A stretch of 64,000 bases of DNA, taken from assembly GCA_964016885.1 (NCBI GenBank), contig OZ024741.1:207886001-207950000 (forward strand), written 5' to 3'. Below the pieces are notes generated by a model. The model did not search any database. It saw only the letters and a program-made list of their open reading frames with translations, and had not been told where the DNA came from. The DNA is from Eledone cirrhosa (taxonomy: Eukaryota). This document shows positions 1 through 14,032 of this stretch, piece by piece. The position numbers were made by a program, and so were the translations under genes. The stretch's first letter is position 1, and each line of letters opens with the position of its first letter.

Positions 1-2210
1 ATTACCACCACCTTTTTCAGTGATCAAAATTGCCTAACCGTCATATCTATCCTTTTTTCCTTCTTTATCACATACTGTGTTATCACTTGGACAAACAATA
101 CCTATGATCCAACACTCTTTGCTTTCTTTCTCAATTAATACAATGTCTGGTCTCCTATGCTCAATACCATGGTCACACTGTATCAAAAAGTCCCACAAGA
201 TATTTGCATCAATATTTTCGAAAACACCCTCAGTGTTCGTACCATTTTGCTGCTGTCAAGTACATATTTGCCACAAAGTGCCCAATGGCCTATCTTTGGT
301 ATGTTGTCGTGACGTCTCTTATATTCTCTTTGAGCTAGTGGTGCGCATTGACAGGTAATATGTAATACAGTTTATCCATTCATGCTACAAATTTTACACA
401 TCACTTTCTGCAGTGTGGTTTATCCTTGCTTGATGTAGCTAGTTCTTAGTACTTGTTATTTACCAGCACAGATTAAGGCTTCGGTTTCCGGTTTTAGATC
501 AATTTTAGCCATCCATAACCACCTTTTTGTGTCTGTCTGTCCTAACTTCAACATCTCTATAGAATTGTCCATACATTCTTTTTTTCTATTCTTCTACTTT
601 CAGTTTCATCCATCTTCAAATGCTTGCACTGTTTTTTGGGGGTTTTTTCCTATGCAATCTTCTATTTTGCACAGCCTTAACCTTCTTACTTCCAGCAACA
701 GCGGTTCTCTAGAATTTGTTATGTAACATGCCATATTATATTTCTTCTATTCTAATGCTGTCATCTCACCCCATCAGTCCTCTTCTTCCTCTTTTTCTTG
801 GTATATATAATCTGTCTGTGTTGCTCTTTGGGTGAAACATCACATATCTAGTCAATATCTTTCTTGTCTTTCGATATAAACTGTTTAGCTCTTCCACAGT
901 CCACATGATCACTTCTGTCCCATATCTAAGGAGTGGTACGTCCATTCAGTTTCGATTTAAGAATAATTCTCAGTTTTCACATGTATTCCACTTTAATGTT
1001 TTCTTTCATTTCCTCCTGTATTATCTTATCAACTTCCTTATAACCTCCCCTCTTCTATTTGCTTCATAACCTTTCTTGATGGTAGCACAAACCCCTCAAT
1101 GTTTTTAATCTTTAAATCCGAGCTCCATTCTGATGTCAGCACTAAATGTATATACCGTATCAACGAGAGAACCAAGCTGGGATTCATTTATACCATAATG
1201 TTTGAGGTCGTTCATGAATAATAAGTGGTTGATTTTTTTGCTGGTGACGTTTGAATTCATACTCAGCCTCAACTTTTCTCAATATCATTGCCAGTGGTAT
1301 CATGCACAGCACAAACATCAGTGGTGACAGGCAGTCTCCTTGGACTATACCTTTCTTGATTTCTATCGTTCCCAAATCTCTTCCAAAAGCTATCATTTCA
1401 GTCTTTCACTCTCTCCTACTTTTCCTTAAGAATCGTTCAATATTTGATAAGTTACCACATTCCATATTTCAAGAGTGCGGAATCATGTCATAGGCTTTGC
1501 GATAATCGATCCACGCCATGGTCAAGTTGGTTTTCCTCCCCTTGCTATCTTTAAGCATAGTTTTATCTAACAAAAGCTGGCACTTACGCTTGCACCCTTT
1601 CTGCTCATCTGGCAAAACTCCATTTCCTTCAAGATGCCCGTACATTGATTCTGCAATTAATCCAGTCAATAATTTCCACATAAGTGATAAGCATGTTATC
1701 GGTCTGTAGTTGTCTACCGCGTTCTCTTTAGTGATATCTTTTTAAGTACAAAACTGTCCTCTTCTTTGTTAGCCACTCCAGTATCAATTGATCAGCATTT
1801 AGCATGTGTTTAGGTGTTCAGTTATTCGTTCATGGCATTTATTAAATCTTTTGATCCAGTAGTCTTGAATTCCCTCTAGTCCCAGAGAGTTCCAGTTGCT
1901 CATCTTTTTTCTGGTTTCCTTCATGTCCCTAGCTGAAATGACTAGTTCTGCCTGTCGTGGACAAACTCTCGTTTGTTTAAGTTCTTCTTGTGCTCCTTCT
2001 CTTTACTTTTGACTTTCAATGTTATCCGGTATAATTGATTCATTTGTACAACCTCCATTTATTTCTCGGTAAAATCTCTTTTGGTCTACACTGAATAGTC
2101 TATTTTGATGATATTGCTTTATTCTTTGATCGTATCTAACTATCGTTGATTAATTTTCCATGAGATCGTGCTTGAGTTCCTTCATTATTACTTTTTTCTC
2201 CTTTCGTTTA
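1..2210 (-). mobile_element. Degenerate R4/Dong-type non-LTR retrotransposon (RT plus C-terminal restriction-like endonuclease), running off the window start
   Basis: Minus-strand pieces: [59 protein letters not shown]. In 1-400: HITCQCAPLAQREYKRRHDN..ILWDFLIQCDHGIEHRRPDIVLIEK (zinc knuckle, RHD, PD nuclease motif). Many stops and frameshifts. Confidence 0.88.
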
Positions 2211-3022
2211 ATGCTTCAATTAATTTAACATAATCATGCAGGGGGAAAACAAAATTGATTTAAAATATGAGGTAGCGATTATTAGGTTGCGCAAGTACCA
2301 GTGTTTTTTCATGACACCATCATTATTATTATTATTAGAAAGAAATCATTATCACCATCATCACCACCGAACTCATTACTACCATCACCATCACCAGCGT
2401 ATCATTATCACCATCATTGTAAACAACTTTATCTTGGGAGAAAATACATGAAAATTGAGGGAAGTATTTATGTTAATTTTTTACCAGCTTTGATTGGCTA
2501 GTAGTAAAATCTGTTAGACACGCAGTGACTAACAACAGAATGTTTTGAGTCTGCGTGTTCTGACATTGACATTGTGACATACATGCGTAGCTTGTGAATA
2601 AAGATTTCAAGGGGTATCGCTGGCCGTGGTGATCCCTCCAAAACATCTTTTGTAATGTCTCGTCTTATTGGCTAATTTCATCGTCTTATTGGCTAATCAA
2701 CGAGAGTAATTGTTGCTCAAAAGCATCCTCCACTTTGTTTGCACGTATATTTATCGTTTCGCTTTCCTCCTGTATTTCGTCGTTTATCATCAAAATATTT
2801 TTTTCGTTTTGGTAAGTTATATTGTTAATTTATATATGATTTATTAAATTTATATTAACTATTAAAAGTCTGAAAATATTTTTATACGTCTTACAATAAT
2901 ATTTTTAAGATCATTTATAAAATAACAATTATATAATCTAATTACATTACAACGATATTTTATTATTAATATATATCATGTTTAACTAGAGTTATTACAA
3001 GCGTTGCCTTAAAAATATATTA

Positions 3023-3471
3023 AACTAGACCTGAAAAATGCGCAAGCTCAAAAGAGCCACAGAATGTTATAATAAACCTTCAAAAGTGTGGGACTAGAGT
3101 TGTTGCTAAAAAATATTGTAATCATTATCTATCGTACACTCTGTGGCATCCTTTTATAAAAAAATACTCATAACGAACTCAAGACGTCACGATAATTATT
3201 TAAGTGAATTTATAATATAGAATTCGGTTTAAGTGCATTTCGTATTAATCATTACTAAACATCTAATATGAGATATTGGACATTAGCTTAAATAACTATC
3301 GTGTCGTCTTGAGTTCGTTATGAGTCTCTTTTTTTTATAAAAGGATGCCACAGAGTGTACTATAGATAATGATTACAATATTTTTGAGCAACAACTCTAG
3401 TCCCGCACTTTTGAAGGTTTATTATAACATTCTGTGGCTCTTTTGAGCTTGCGCATTTTTCAGGTCTAGTT
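3023..3471. repeat. Inverted repeat, ~180 bp arms (3023-3204 / 3287-3471), ~80 bp spacer
   Basis: aactagacctgaaaaatgcgcaagctcaaaagagcc.. is mirrored by ..ggctcttttgagcttgcgcatttttcaggtctagtt with few mismatches. Confidence 0.92.
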
Positions 3472-3689
3472 ATAATATAGTTGTGGTCATTTCCGTTGTG
3501 GGTTGTGTTGGTGATGTTATAATAATGATGATTATTATTCTGTCCCTGTCTTTTTGTACTGTCCTCAATATGTAGGCTCCGGTGAACATTATTATTATTC
3601 GTAGTAGTAGTAGCAGTAGCAGCGTAAGTCGTGTCTATTGCAGGTATGGGGGCGATGTTGTAAACATTTTACTGGTAAGGTAAGCTCAT

Positions 3690-3790
3690 ATACCTAAACC
3701 CTGCGATGGACTGGCGTCCTGTCCAGGAGGGAGTTATGTACTCTCAGTCGCTTCACGCCATGAAACCGGGATAAGCACTGGACAAATGAA
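3690..3790 (+). mobile_element. SINE 3' fragment, same family as 59838-60056
   Basis: ccctgcgatggactggcgtcctgtccag..ctcagtcgcttcacgccatgaaaccgg matches the reverse complement of 59838-59910. Confidence 0.7.
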
Positions 3791-3892
3791 CCTTCTGACT
3801 TTTGGATATATTGACGAGGTTATAGTTAGTATTATTTGTAATTCCGTTGGCTCACATTTACTCATTGAATGAGATATAGTTTGAACTTGTAC

Positions 3893-3927
<35 letters not shown>

Positions 3928-3929
<2 letters not shown>

Positions 3930-4065
3930 CGAAGGAGTTGTGGTAAGGAATCAGATGGACCATAACGCACATGAGTACTCAATACTTAGGCTAGTGGAGT
4001 TGGTAATAGGAAAAAGTATGACCCCGACGGCAGAGCTCAAGCCATTTCGACGGCTATTTCTGGAC
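3928..4065 (-). mobile_element. End of a (TA)n-inserting repeat ('family K', probable PLE pseudo-LTR)
   Basis: Homologous to 39528-39748, 43505-43638 and 56845-56963; all are flanked by (TA)n. Strand is inferred. Confidence 0.6.
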
Positions 4066-4214
4066 ATATATATATATATATACATTCGCGGAATTTTCCT
4101 TAGAACCTAACTAATAATTGTTCGTGGAAACCACCGCATATTCGCGGAATCGTAGATATCTTCCGCGATTGTTTCAGGCTTCTTTCGTGGCAATATATAT
4201 ATATATATATATAT

Positions 4215-4560
4215 TTAATGCTAAATTATTAATACCAATATGCCGTATTTACCGTCCTGTTTTTTAACAGTTATATTGATGCCAAGTATTTTTTAAGCTG
4301 TCTCACACGTACCCTCTCTATTGTATGTATTATATATTTTTCTCATGTTCTCAATATTAAGGTATATTAATATTGAGTTTTGTCATATATTACTCACTAC
4401 CATGACTGAATTTTAACCATCTACTATGTATGTCATGCATCATCTTATTTTATCTGATGAGCACGTACTGTTGAAATTAACTCAGTACCTCTGAAATATG
4501 TATAATAAAATATACTTGATGACAAGAATATCTATTTTGTTAATATTTATAAATTAATAT
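4215..4560 (+). mobile_element. Solo truncated PLE pseudo-LTR (family A)
   Basis: Homologous to about 47470-47829, contains an HHR, and lies between (TA)n runs. Confidence 0.75.
4446..4512 (+). ncRNA. Minimal type I hammerhead ribozyme (family A)
   Basis: TATTTTAT-CTGATGA-stem II (GTACTG/CAGTAC)-GAAA-TATGTA-TA-ATAAAATA. Confidence 0.75.
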
Positions 4561-4929
4561 ATATATATATATATAAAGTAAAAACAATGTTATCTGTGAT
4601 CGAGACGAAGCGAGAGCTTCTTGTCACTTCTGTGCGCCAGCGTACTTCTTCTTGTCCTCCTCCTCTTTCAATCTTTTATTTATATATTTGATCTGCTTGT
4701 CACCTACCTTGTGGATTGTCTCTCTGTTGACCACTCGCCGCTGATCACCGTCCTGAGGCATTTGAACCTTCACTGTCTTTAAGCATTTAGGTGTTTTAAC
4801 GGCTGTCCTAACGAGTTTTCTCATATATACATATATACTCGAGAATATATGTATATATATATATGTGTGTGTATTATGGCCAAGTAGTGAGTGAGCCTTG
4901 TTATTCTGGAGCTTGACCTGTAGTAACAG

Positions 4930-5046
4930 GATAATCCGACAAGACTAAATTTCCGATAACAGAACCAATATAAATAGGGAAAACTCGAGTTTTTCCCTAT
5001 TTATACTGTCTCTCTTATCGAAAATTAAGTCTTTTTAATAATCCTG
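4930..5046. repeat. Imperfect palindrome centred near 4987
   Basis: tataaatagggaaaa-ctcgag-tttttccctatttata, with further outer pairing. Confidence 0.7.
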
Positions 5047-6177
5047 TGGCTGCATACATTGATGCATGTATATGTATTCGTTTGCATGCAAACAGCCTCA
5101 TAACAGCATGTGTTTTACAAATCGAATATTAATAATATTATTATAATATTATTCCAAAATTTATTCTCGTTATACAAAAATACAGGATGGTCACGGCTGG
5201 AAGCATTGTGAGGTCTGTTCAGTCAGTAACACCAATAACCCTATCGCTTACTCTCTCCGATCTTTAATTTGTCTCTCTTAATCTCTTTAGTCTCTCCTAT
5301 ATATTTCCTTTTTCTCCCTCACTAGCAATCCCCCTCTCTCTCTAAACATTTTCTTTTCCTTTCCTGTTCTCTTTCTTTTCATTAACCTACTCACTGACAC
5401 ATCACTTTGTGCTTTTCTCCTTATCTTATTTTCCTACACATTCACACGCCGTCTTCCAATCTCATACACTCACTCATACTCAGACTCAAGCACAAACGTA
5501 CATTTACACACACACAAACAATTTCTCTCTCACACCCTTTCCTCTCTCTCTATCTATCTATCTCACACATACATTCCCTCTTTTCCATTCTCCCAAACAT
5601 ACACACACACACACTCTCTCTCTCTCACACACATACATTCCCTCTTTTCCATTCTCACAAACACACACATTCTCTCTCGCTCTCCCTCTCTCTTTCTCCC
5701 CCTCTCTCTCCCTCTCTCTCTCTTCAATTGTCCCTTTTATCTAGCTTCATACCAAAAGCTTTTCTAACAATTACCTCCTTTTACTCAACATTCACCACTC
5801 ACCTTCTTCTCAACACTTCATTCCAAGAGTGGCCAACAACACTTCTAATGCCTTTCAACTAGCATCTGTTCTGACCATAATTACGATTTCTGTAAAGAGT
5901 AGTTTACCAGAGAAAGCTACTAGACAAGAATTCCCAGACTTACCAACTGTGTACACAGAGACATTAATTCTAAACAATATAGTGTTTATAACGAGTGTTA
6001 TAGACATATGCATGCATACAGATATGTACCATGCACACATAATTATATACACACATACATGTACATTTATCTATAATACATACATACGTACAAACAAACA
6101 AACAAATATATTCAAATGAATAAACGCTGCTCACCTTATTGATTTTTTTTTCTTCCCTTTTTAAACCAGAATTAATA

Positions 6178-6702
<525 letters not shown>

Positions 6703-7046
6703 TTTATATATATATATTATATTATATATATATGTATATATATATATATATATTCTTATATATATATATATTATATATATACACACATATATATATAATA
6801 TTATATATATTATGTTATATATATATATATATATATATAGTAAGGTGCAAAATGGTCCAATAAATTTATGTTAGCAATATTAAGTTCTCCACGCTTTAGT
6901 ATATCTCCAATTCCATTCAAGAGAACAGCTAGATGATGTAAAACAGAGTATAAGTATCAAAATGAAATCCGAAGGCAAGGTAAAATTCCAATCATTTAAT
7001 CACGACACCTGACCCAAAACACATTCACACTACTACACACACATGA

Positions 7047-7262
7047 AAGAACAAAACAAGATCTAAGGCCGTTACATGGTTTAACGCGCCGTATTCTAAG
7101 CATGTATGCAGCAATGTATCAGGCCTCTTTTTCCGAGCGTTGGACGAGTGCTTCCCGCCGTCGAACAGATACCACAAGATTTTCAACCGCCACACGGTGA
7201 AGTTTTCCGTCTCCGCAGCACCTAACATGGCCTACTACATGGCCAAAACTAACGCGGCGAAG
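7047..7262 (+). mobile_element. PLE coding fragment (RT-to-endonuclease linker, Naiad-like)
   Basis: Frame absent from the ORF track: KNKTRSKAVTWFNAPYSKHVCSNVSGLFFRALDECFPPSNRYHKIFNRHTVKFSVSAAPNMA, resembling the WFNPPYS..KIFNRNTVKVSYS linker of PLEs. Confidence 0.8.
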
Positions 7263-7792
7263 ATGTATATGTTCACCTTAAATGATTATATGTTCACCTT
7301 AAATGTGTGTGTATAGCGGGAGTCTATGCGTACGACTGTCGTTATCTATGTGTGTGTGTGTGTGTGAGTGCGCGCGTGGACGTGTGAACTACCAAACCCA
7401 GCAGTAATTCATTGAAGTGTGGCAGGTACGGTGGTCAGCCAAGCGATACTTGTGGACGTAGACACCTAGTGGCCAATAACAGGTGGCACGAAGAGGATGA
7501 AGTTTTTGTGACTAATACCCCAGTGAAAAAATTTGCTCCGAAATCTTTAGAAGTGTCCGTCGAGCCTGCGGATCCAGAATCAGAGAGATCCACACAATGA
7601 TCGCGTCTCGAGCTGTCCGCTGGCGAAACAATTGTAACACACAATAAATTGAGTTCAGATGCATCACTGATTTTTCGTTTTCTATTCTAACATACTCTGC
7701 TCTGTAGGAGCATAGAATGCTCAACCGGCATACCTCCTATGGAAGCATCTTAGCTACCATCAGACACACACACACACACATATATATATATT

Positions 7793-8068
7793 TCGTTTCT
7801 GAATTTCTTTATCTGAAAACGTGTGTTGAAACCGATAGGAGAGGCACAAAAACAAAGAAAAGAATCCCCAGTCACTGAAGAGGTCACAGAATGTGTGACG
7901 AAAGAATTTTGACAATATATGAACAACCGTCCGGTTTTGGAACCAACCAACCAATCAGAAATTTATAAATTCTTAAATTTATAAATTTAATTTATAATAA
8001 ATTATAGTGAAAGCTACTGGTGCATGTGTTTCTTATTGGCAACATGAGACCTCCTAAAGTATAACAAT
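7793..8068 (+). mobile_element. PLE pseudo-LTR family B: inverted tail plus truncated pseudo-LTR, HHR at 7871-7913
   Basis: Matches the 57050-58440 arms. HHR: GTCA-CTGAAGA-G-GTCACA gaatg TGTGAC-GAAA-GAAT-TT-TGAC. Confidence 0.8.
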
Positions 8069-8199
8069 ATATATATATATATACATATATATTTACATAC
8101 ACATATATATATATATATATACCTATATATATATATATATTTATATATGTATATACATACATATACATATACGTATATATTTATATATATATATACATA

Positions 8200-8840
8200 T
8201 GTATGTATACGTACATACATATATGTATACAGACGTACAGTAATATGTATATATATACATACATGCACATAATATATATGCACGTATCGGTTTACTGAAC
8301 ATTTATTATAATGCTCGGTTTCTTTGTTTGTAAACAATTTAAGTAAGTGCCGTACTAAGAGTGAGAAATGAAATTTTGTTTCATTCTATTCCATTTATCG
8401 TTTTCGGTGTGCTCGGCCGACTGAACTCACTCGATATGCAAATGAGGTTGCTCAGCCGTTAATATGCATAAGGAAAGTATATACTTACAGACGTTCAGCC
8501 ATCTGGCAGGAAGGTATACGATGCTGACGATAGCCAATAAGCATGAAACTAGTACATCGTTCCTGTGTCAGTGTTGAACAAAAAGGTGAGTTGGTTGCCT
8601 AAACACTGTACGGCGTAATTCGGGCTGTTTGTTTGTTTACAAACAAACCGATCATTATAATAAATGTTCGGTAAACCGATACGTGCATATATATATGTGT
8701 GCATGTATGTATATATATACATACTACTGTACGTCTGTATACATATATGTATGTACGTATACATACATACATACTTACATTTAAGTAAGTGCCATACTAA
8801 GAGTGAGAAATGAAATTTCGTTTCATTCTATTACATTTAT
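8200..8840 (+). mobile_element. Retrozyme-like element (442 nt period) with inverted 5' segment and ~49 bp flanking duplication
   Basis: Direct repeat starting at 8341 and 8783; 8200-8337 is an inverted copy of about 8630-8770; 8151-8199 equals 8841-8889; second copy at 40354-40970. Confidence 0.75.
8518..8560 (+). ncRNA. Minimal type I hammerhead ribozyme (GUA site)
   Basis: ACGATG-CTGACGA-TAGC caataa GCAT-GAAA-CTAG-TA-CATCGT: perfect 6-bp stem I, palindromic stem III, weak stem II. Confidence 0.75.
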
Positions 8841-8900
8841 ATATACATACATATACATATACGTATATATTTATATATATATATACATACATACATATAT

Positions 8901-8991
<91 letters not shown>

Positions 8992-9055
8992 TATATACAT
9001 ACACACACACACATGTATATATATACATATATATATACATACACACACTCACATG

Positions 9056-9141
<86 letters not shown>

Positions 9142-9360
9142 TATATACATATATATATATTCATATATATATGCCAGCCATCTCATGAGCAATTTGATGT
9201 AGTGCATTCAGGTGAACTTTGATCGAAAAGACATCCAAGGCATTCCACACGTAACAATCCAGTCTTCTCAACCTCTTAGGTCTACATTATAAAATGTAGT
9301 TGCGAAATTCAAAGAAATTTGGCTGCGATACTTAGCAGATAGAGCAACCATATATATTTA

Positions 9361-9460
9361 CAGGGTGTCCCCCAAAAATGTACACACACTTCAACAGCAT
9401 TCTAATAAATATTGCCTATGCAGGTAATCAAATTTGGAATAGATTTTTTTGCGGACACTG
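9361..9460. mobile_element. ~100 bp Tc1/mariner-type MITE
   Basis: TA-CAGGGTGTCC..GGACACTG-TA termini; related copies at 11529-11628 and 12341-12414. Confidence 0.7.
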
Positions 9461-9569
9461 TATATTCTTTATATAGCTGTGATGAGTCTTGTTATGCTCG
9501 TGCTTCACCTGTATACTCACAGAATCAATTATGTTCATACATATATATATATGTTTAATATAGAAATGG

Positions 9570-9625
<56 letters not shown>

Positions 9626-9630
<5 letters not shown>

Positions 9631-9783
9631 CGAAACATAAGTCAATTGCATGAACTCATAATCCTTTATTTATTGCTATATATATTTCGATGATAGCCAT
9701 TGAATGGCTATGACCTCACCAGGCAGTTAGTCAGTTCTTAGAAATGCCAGCTCTATGTTTTTGGTGTTGATGGTATCAGAGCC
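9626..9783 (-). mobile_element. (TA)n-flanked insert with degenerate HHR (9673-9726), family E
   Basis: Minus strand TGC-CTGGTGA-GGTCATAGCCATT c AATGGCTATCATC-GAAA-TATATA-TA-GCA; related to 37858-38080. Confidence 0.55.
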
Positions 9784-11419
9784 TATATATATATATAGAC
9801 ATAGATAGATAATATCGTATATATTATATATATATATATAAGGATAATAAAATCTTTAAAGATATTTGTTTTTTCCATTCTCTCTCACACGCACATTACA
9901 ACTTCTCTCTTACTCTCTCGTTCTGTCTTGAACTCTCTCTCTTTCTTTAGGTCTGTCTCTCTATATATTATTTTTTCATCGGCATTTAAACGTCAATGAC
10001 CTTGTATACTTTTATATCACAGAACAATTAACAAATATAGGTTACACTATAGGTGTAAAGGAGGGTGAGAAGGAGTATAGGGAAGGGTGTAGGGGTGGTA
10101 CTCAAGATGGCATCTATGCTACTGTGACGTCATTGATCTTCTACAATTTAATTACAAGTAGATTAGAAGAATCACTTGAGAATTCCTGAGAAGTTTTGTA
10201 AGAAGGAGGAAGAACTCTTCATTTGTCTATGTAAACTATGTATGTAGGAGTTTTGTGTACATACACACAGAGACACACACCGTCACATACAAAAACATAT
10301 CCACACTGGCACATACACAGATACACGCACATACACATCGACACACAAATACCCACACTAACAAATACACAGACACACACTCAAACACACGCATATACAC
10401 ACACACAAACATACGCACAGACACACACATATAAGTGTATGTATTATGTATGTATATATATACACATATTGTTACATACTTATATGCATGTATATACAGT
10501 CTTTATATTGCGACCATACCGGGTCGCATATAAAAATACACATATTTTTATAAGAGTATATGCATGTATATATATGCCTTAAACAGAGACCAATGCTTAC
10601 ATCTAAATCTCTACCATTTCACACACCTATCAATACAAATACATGCATACACATACACTCATATATATGTCCCGGTTGTGTCGCGGGAATCTGTGAAACA
10701 TACCATCTTTATCTGTAGGAGGCTATGTTGTAGCCAAATCTCTCTCAAATCACACATTGCCGTCTTTAAAATAAACACATTGGATAATCTTAGAAATCTG
10801 TTTGAATAAAAGTTATTTCCTAGAGTAGGTCCTATTAAACATATATGGAGACATAATAACATAACAAAACTGCTTTACATATGGTGACTCAGTTTCCGGG
10901 AATTCGAGGAAAGTCACTATAGTACACGTGTGAACATCTTCCATCTTTCTTAGAAAATTGCAAAATGAAAATATACTATAGAAATTTATAATGTACACAG
11001 ATCACCATAAGTTTGAAACTAATTTTCAAATATGTATACATGTCATAACTGACAATAGAGTATTAATTATCAAAAGAGCATTAACAAATGATTACAAACA
11101 TGTAGAAGTGAGCTAAAAAGCTACGACATTCCACCGAATTAGCATTTAAATTAAAGGGATTATAGCAGGTAAAGAGTCCCATTTCAAATTGATACAACTG
11201 GAATGATACAAAACCACTTACTGTAAATACATATGGCTGTTTACTTATAAGGATAGACATAGATTCGTTCCTGAAAATATCAATCCTAAGATCTGTAAAT
11301 AGGGTTAGGTTATTCTCACAGGGCATTTGTAAACCTTGAAAATGTTTTTTGCATATTTTCGAATGACTACCTTAGAGGAAAGGAAACTTACATATGTATT
11401 ATTGTGAAATTGGTGTACT

Positions 11420-11451
<32 letters not shown>

Positions 11452-11476
11452 CTCTCTCTCTATCTATCTCTCTCTC

Positions 11477-11526
<50 letters not shown>

Positions 11527-11528
11527 CA

Positions 11529-11628
11529 CAGGGTGTCCCCGCAAAACGTATATCCACTTTGATTTCCTGTTCAAGCAATATTTATTAGAAAGCTGTTGAA
11601 GTGTGTATACATTTTTTGGGAAACTCTG
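11529..11628. mobile_element. Tc1/mariner-type MITE copy
   Basis: cagggtgtcccc..gggaaactctg; interior is the reverse complement of 9361-9460. Confidence 0.65.
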
Positions 11629-12005
11629 TGTATTTCTTGAATCAAGAAAAATGTTGACAATGTAAATAACGAAATATAATTAAAAAATTACCAATAATAA
11701 TAAAAATAACATCAACAACAACAATAATGAAATAATAAACGATAACAGAAGATATTAACGAACAAAAACTTCATTCAATATATATATATATCCAGTCAAT
11801 ATACATAAATATTTTAATTAATATACATAACTATATACATATAATATACAGACACAAAGCAAATATTTCGATTTTTCTGTAAATGATGCAGCATATTTAA
11901 GTTAAGTTGTATATACATGTATGCAAATGTGTTAATGTATGTTTACATACATATTACGTATACAAGCTGATTGTTGTTTGTGTGTTTATGTATATGTATA
12001 CAATA

Positions 12006-12137
<132 letters not shown>

Positions 12138-12340
12138 GCATATATATATATACACACACACATATATATATATACATATATAATTGTGTATGTATGTGCA
12201 TGTGTGTGTGAGAGTGCATCTGTGAATGTGTACACAAATTTGCTTACACATGTGTATGTAATTAGACATCCATAAAAATTATGCATACATACATTTTATA
12301 GACACACATATAAATAAATATATATATATGTATACATACA

Positions 12341-12414
12341 CAGTGTCCCCAAAAATGTATATACTTTTATGAGAATGCTGTTCAAGTGAGTGTATATTTT
12401 TGGGGGACACCCTT
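12341..12414. mobile_element. Tc1/mariner-type MITE copy (internally deleted)
   Basis: cagtgtccccaaaaatgtat..tatatttttgggggacaccct. Confidence 0.6.
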
Positions 12415-12810
12415 TATATATATATATCATGAAAATTCGCCAGAAATGAAATGTATAAGTGAAATTTCTGGTTGAGATTGTTTCCAGTGTTTATTATACT
12501 GCTGTTATGTGGTTGATAACGTTTTTTAACCCCAGGTCAGCCCTGTTTGAGCATTACAACGATCATGTGTTATTGATATTACAATGATTCTGTTTTGGAG
12601 TTCATAAAAATTAAACCAGTGTTCATATAAAACAAATCAGTTCTTTTTTTAATTTTCAATTCTATTCTTTCATTTTAGAATCAATTGTAAAATTGTTTTA
12701 AAAAAAAACTTTCAAAATATTTGGCAGAGCAGATTCCGTAATATAGCATGCCGTCTTCTTCAAATGGATCGTACACACTCACATACACACATTAACACAT
12801 ATGTATTTAG

Positions 12811-12899
<89 letters not shown>

Positions 12900-12907
<8 letters not shown>

Positions 12908-13108
12908 TAAGAGGAATTCCAACTTTGTCTGATTTACTCGTTTTATTTACAATCCTTTAACATTTATAATAAAACGAGTAAATCAGACAAAGTTGGAATT
13001 CCTCTTATTAATATAATCTTCTATACACAATCATACACACCCGTGTTTATGATTGTGTATAGAAGATTATATTAATAAGAGGAATTCCAACTTTGTCTGA
13101 TTTACTTG

Positions 13109-13110
<2 letters not shown>
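12900..13110. repeat. Double fold-back (A, A', B', B, A) between (TA)n runs
   Basis: tattaataagaggaattccaactttgtctgatttact occurs forward at ~12902, reverse at ~12977-13013 and forward at ~13070. Confidence 0.9.
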
Positions 13111-13161
<51 letters not shown>

Positions 13162-13947
13162 TATATGTATGTATATATTATATATATACACATACACACA
13201 CATATTGAAAGCATGATTGTGTTCCAGGTTGATGATTCCTAATCAGAATGTTTCCTATTTCCCAATTGGTTCTTTTGCTCAATTTGAAGAACTATACTTC
13301 CTTAACCCAAGTGTGTATGAACGTTTCGTGGTATTCATAACCCCCTCTTCAGAATCAGAATGGTTATACTATTGGTCTATTGGTCACATCTTAATGGATT
13401 ATGTTAATAATAGGAAATCAGCAGTTGATGCATGGAAGTTATTATAACTAGTTTAATATCTCCTGTGTCAGTGTGTTAAATTTTGGTTTATATTCACATC
13501 TTAATAAAGCCTCCTAAGTTGTTTGCTGTGTTTGTATGGAATCTTATATAATATTTGTCAGGTGCTGTATAAATAAGAAAGTGTCACATTGTTTGGCCGA
13601 TACGGAAATAGGAGAATAACCTAATACAAGTGACCATTCTGGAGCACAATCATGTTTTAAAAAGTTATTCCCGATAGATACAAATATATATATATATATA
13701 TAAGTAGGGAACAACACACACAGACACACAGGCACACACACACACATATATGTATATATATACATATATATATGTGTGTGTGTGTGTCTATGAATATATA
13801 TATGTGCGTGTATGTGTGTGTGTGTAAATACATAATAGTAAACCACACGAAACCTTTACCAAACGACTCTTATTACAGTTACAATTATATCAGACTAAAC
13901 ATATCAAACACACGTGTGTATTGAGGGCTTTGTGTGTGTGAACGAAA

Positions 13948-13998
<51 letters not shown>

Positions 13999-14032
13999 TA
14001 ATAAATGGAAACTATATTTATAAAACCATATT

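Noticed and set aside
4624-4824. 66 aa Lys-rich ORF in a TA-flanked insert
   Set aside because: No recognisable motif; probably a transposon fragment
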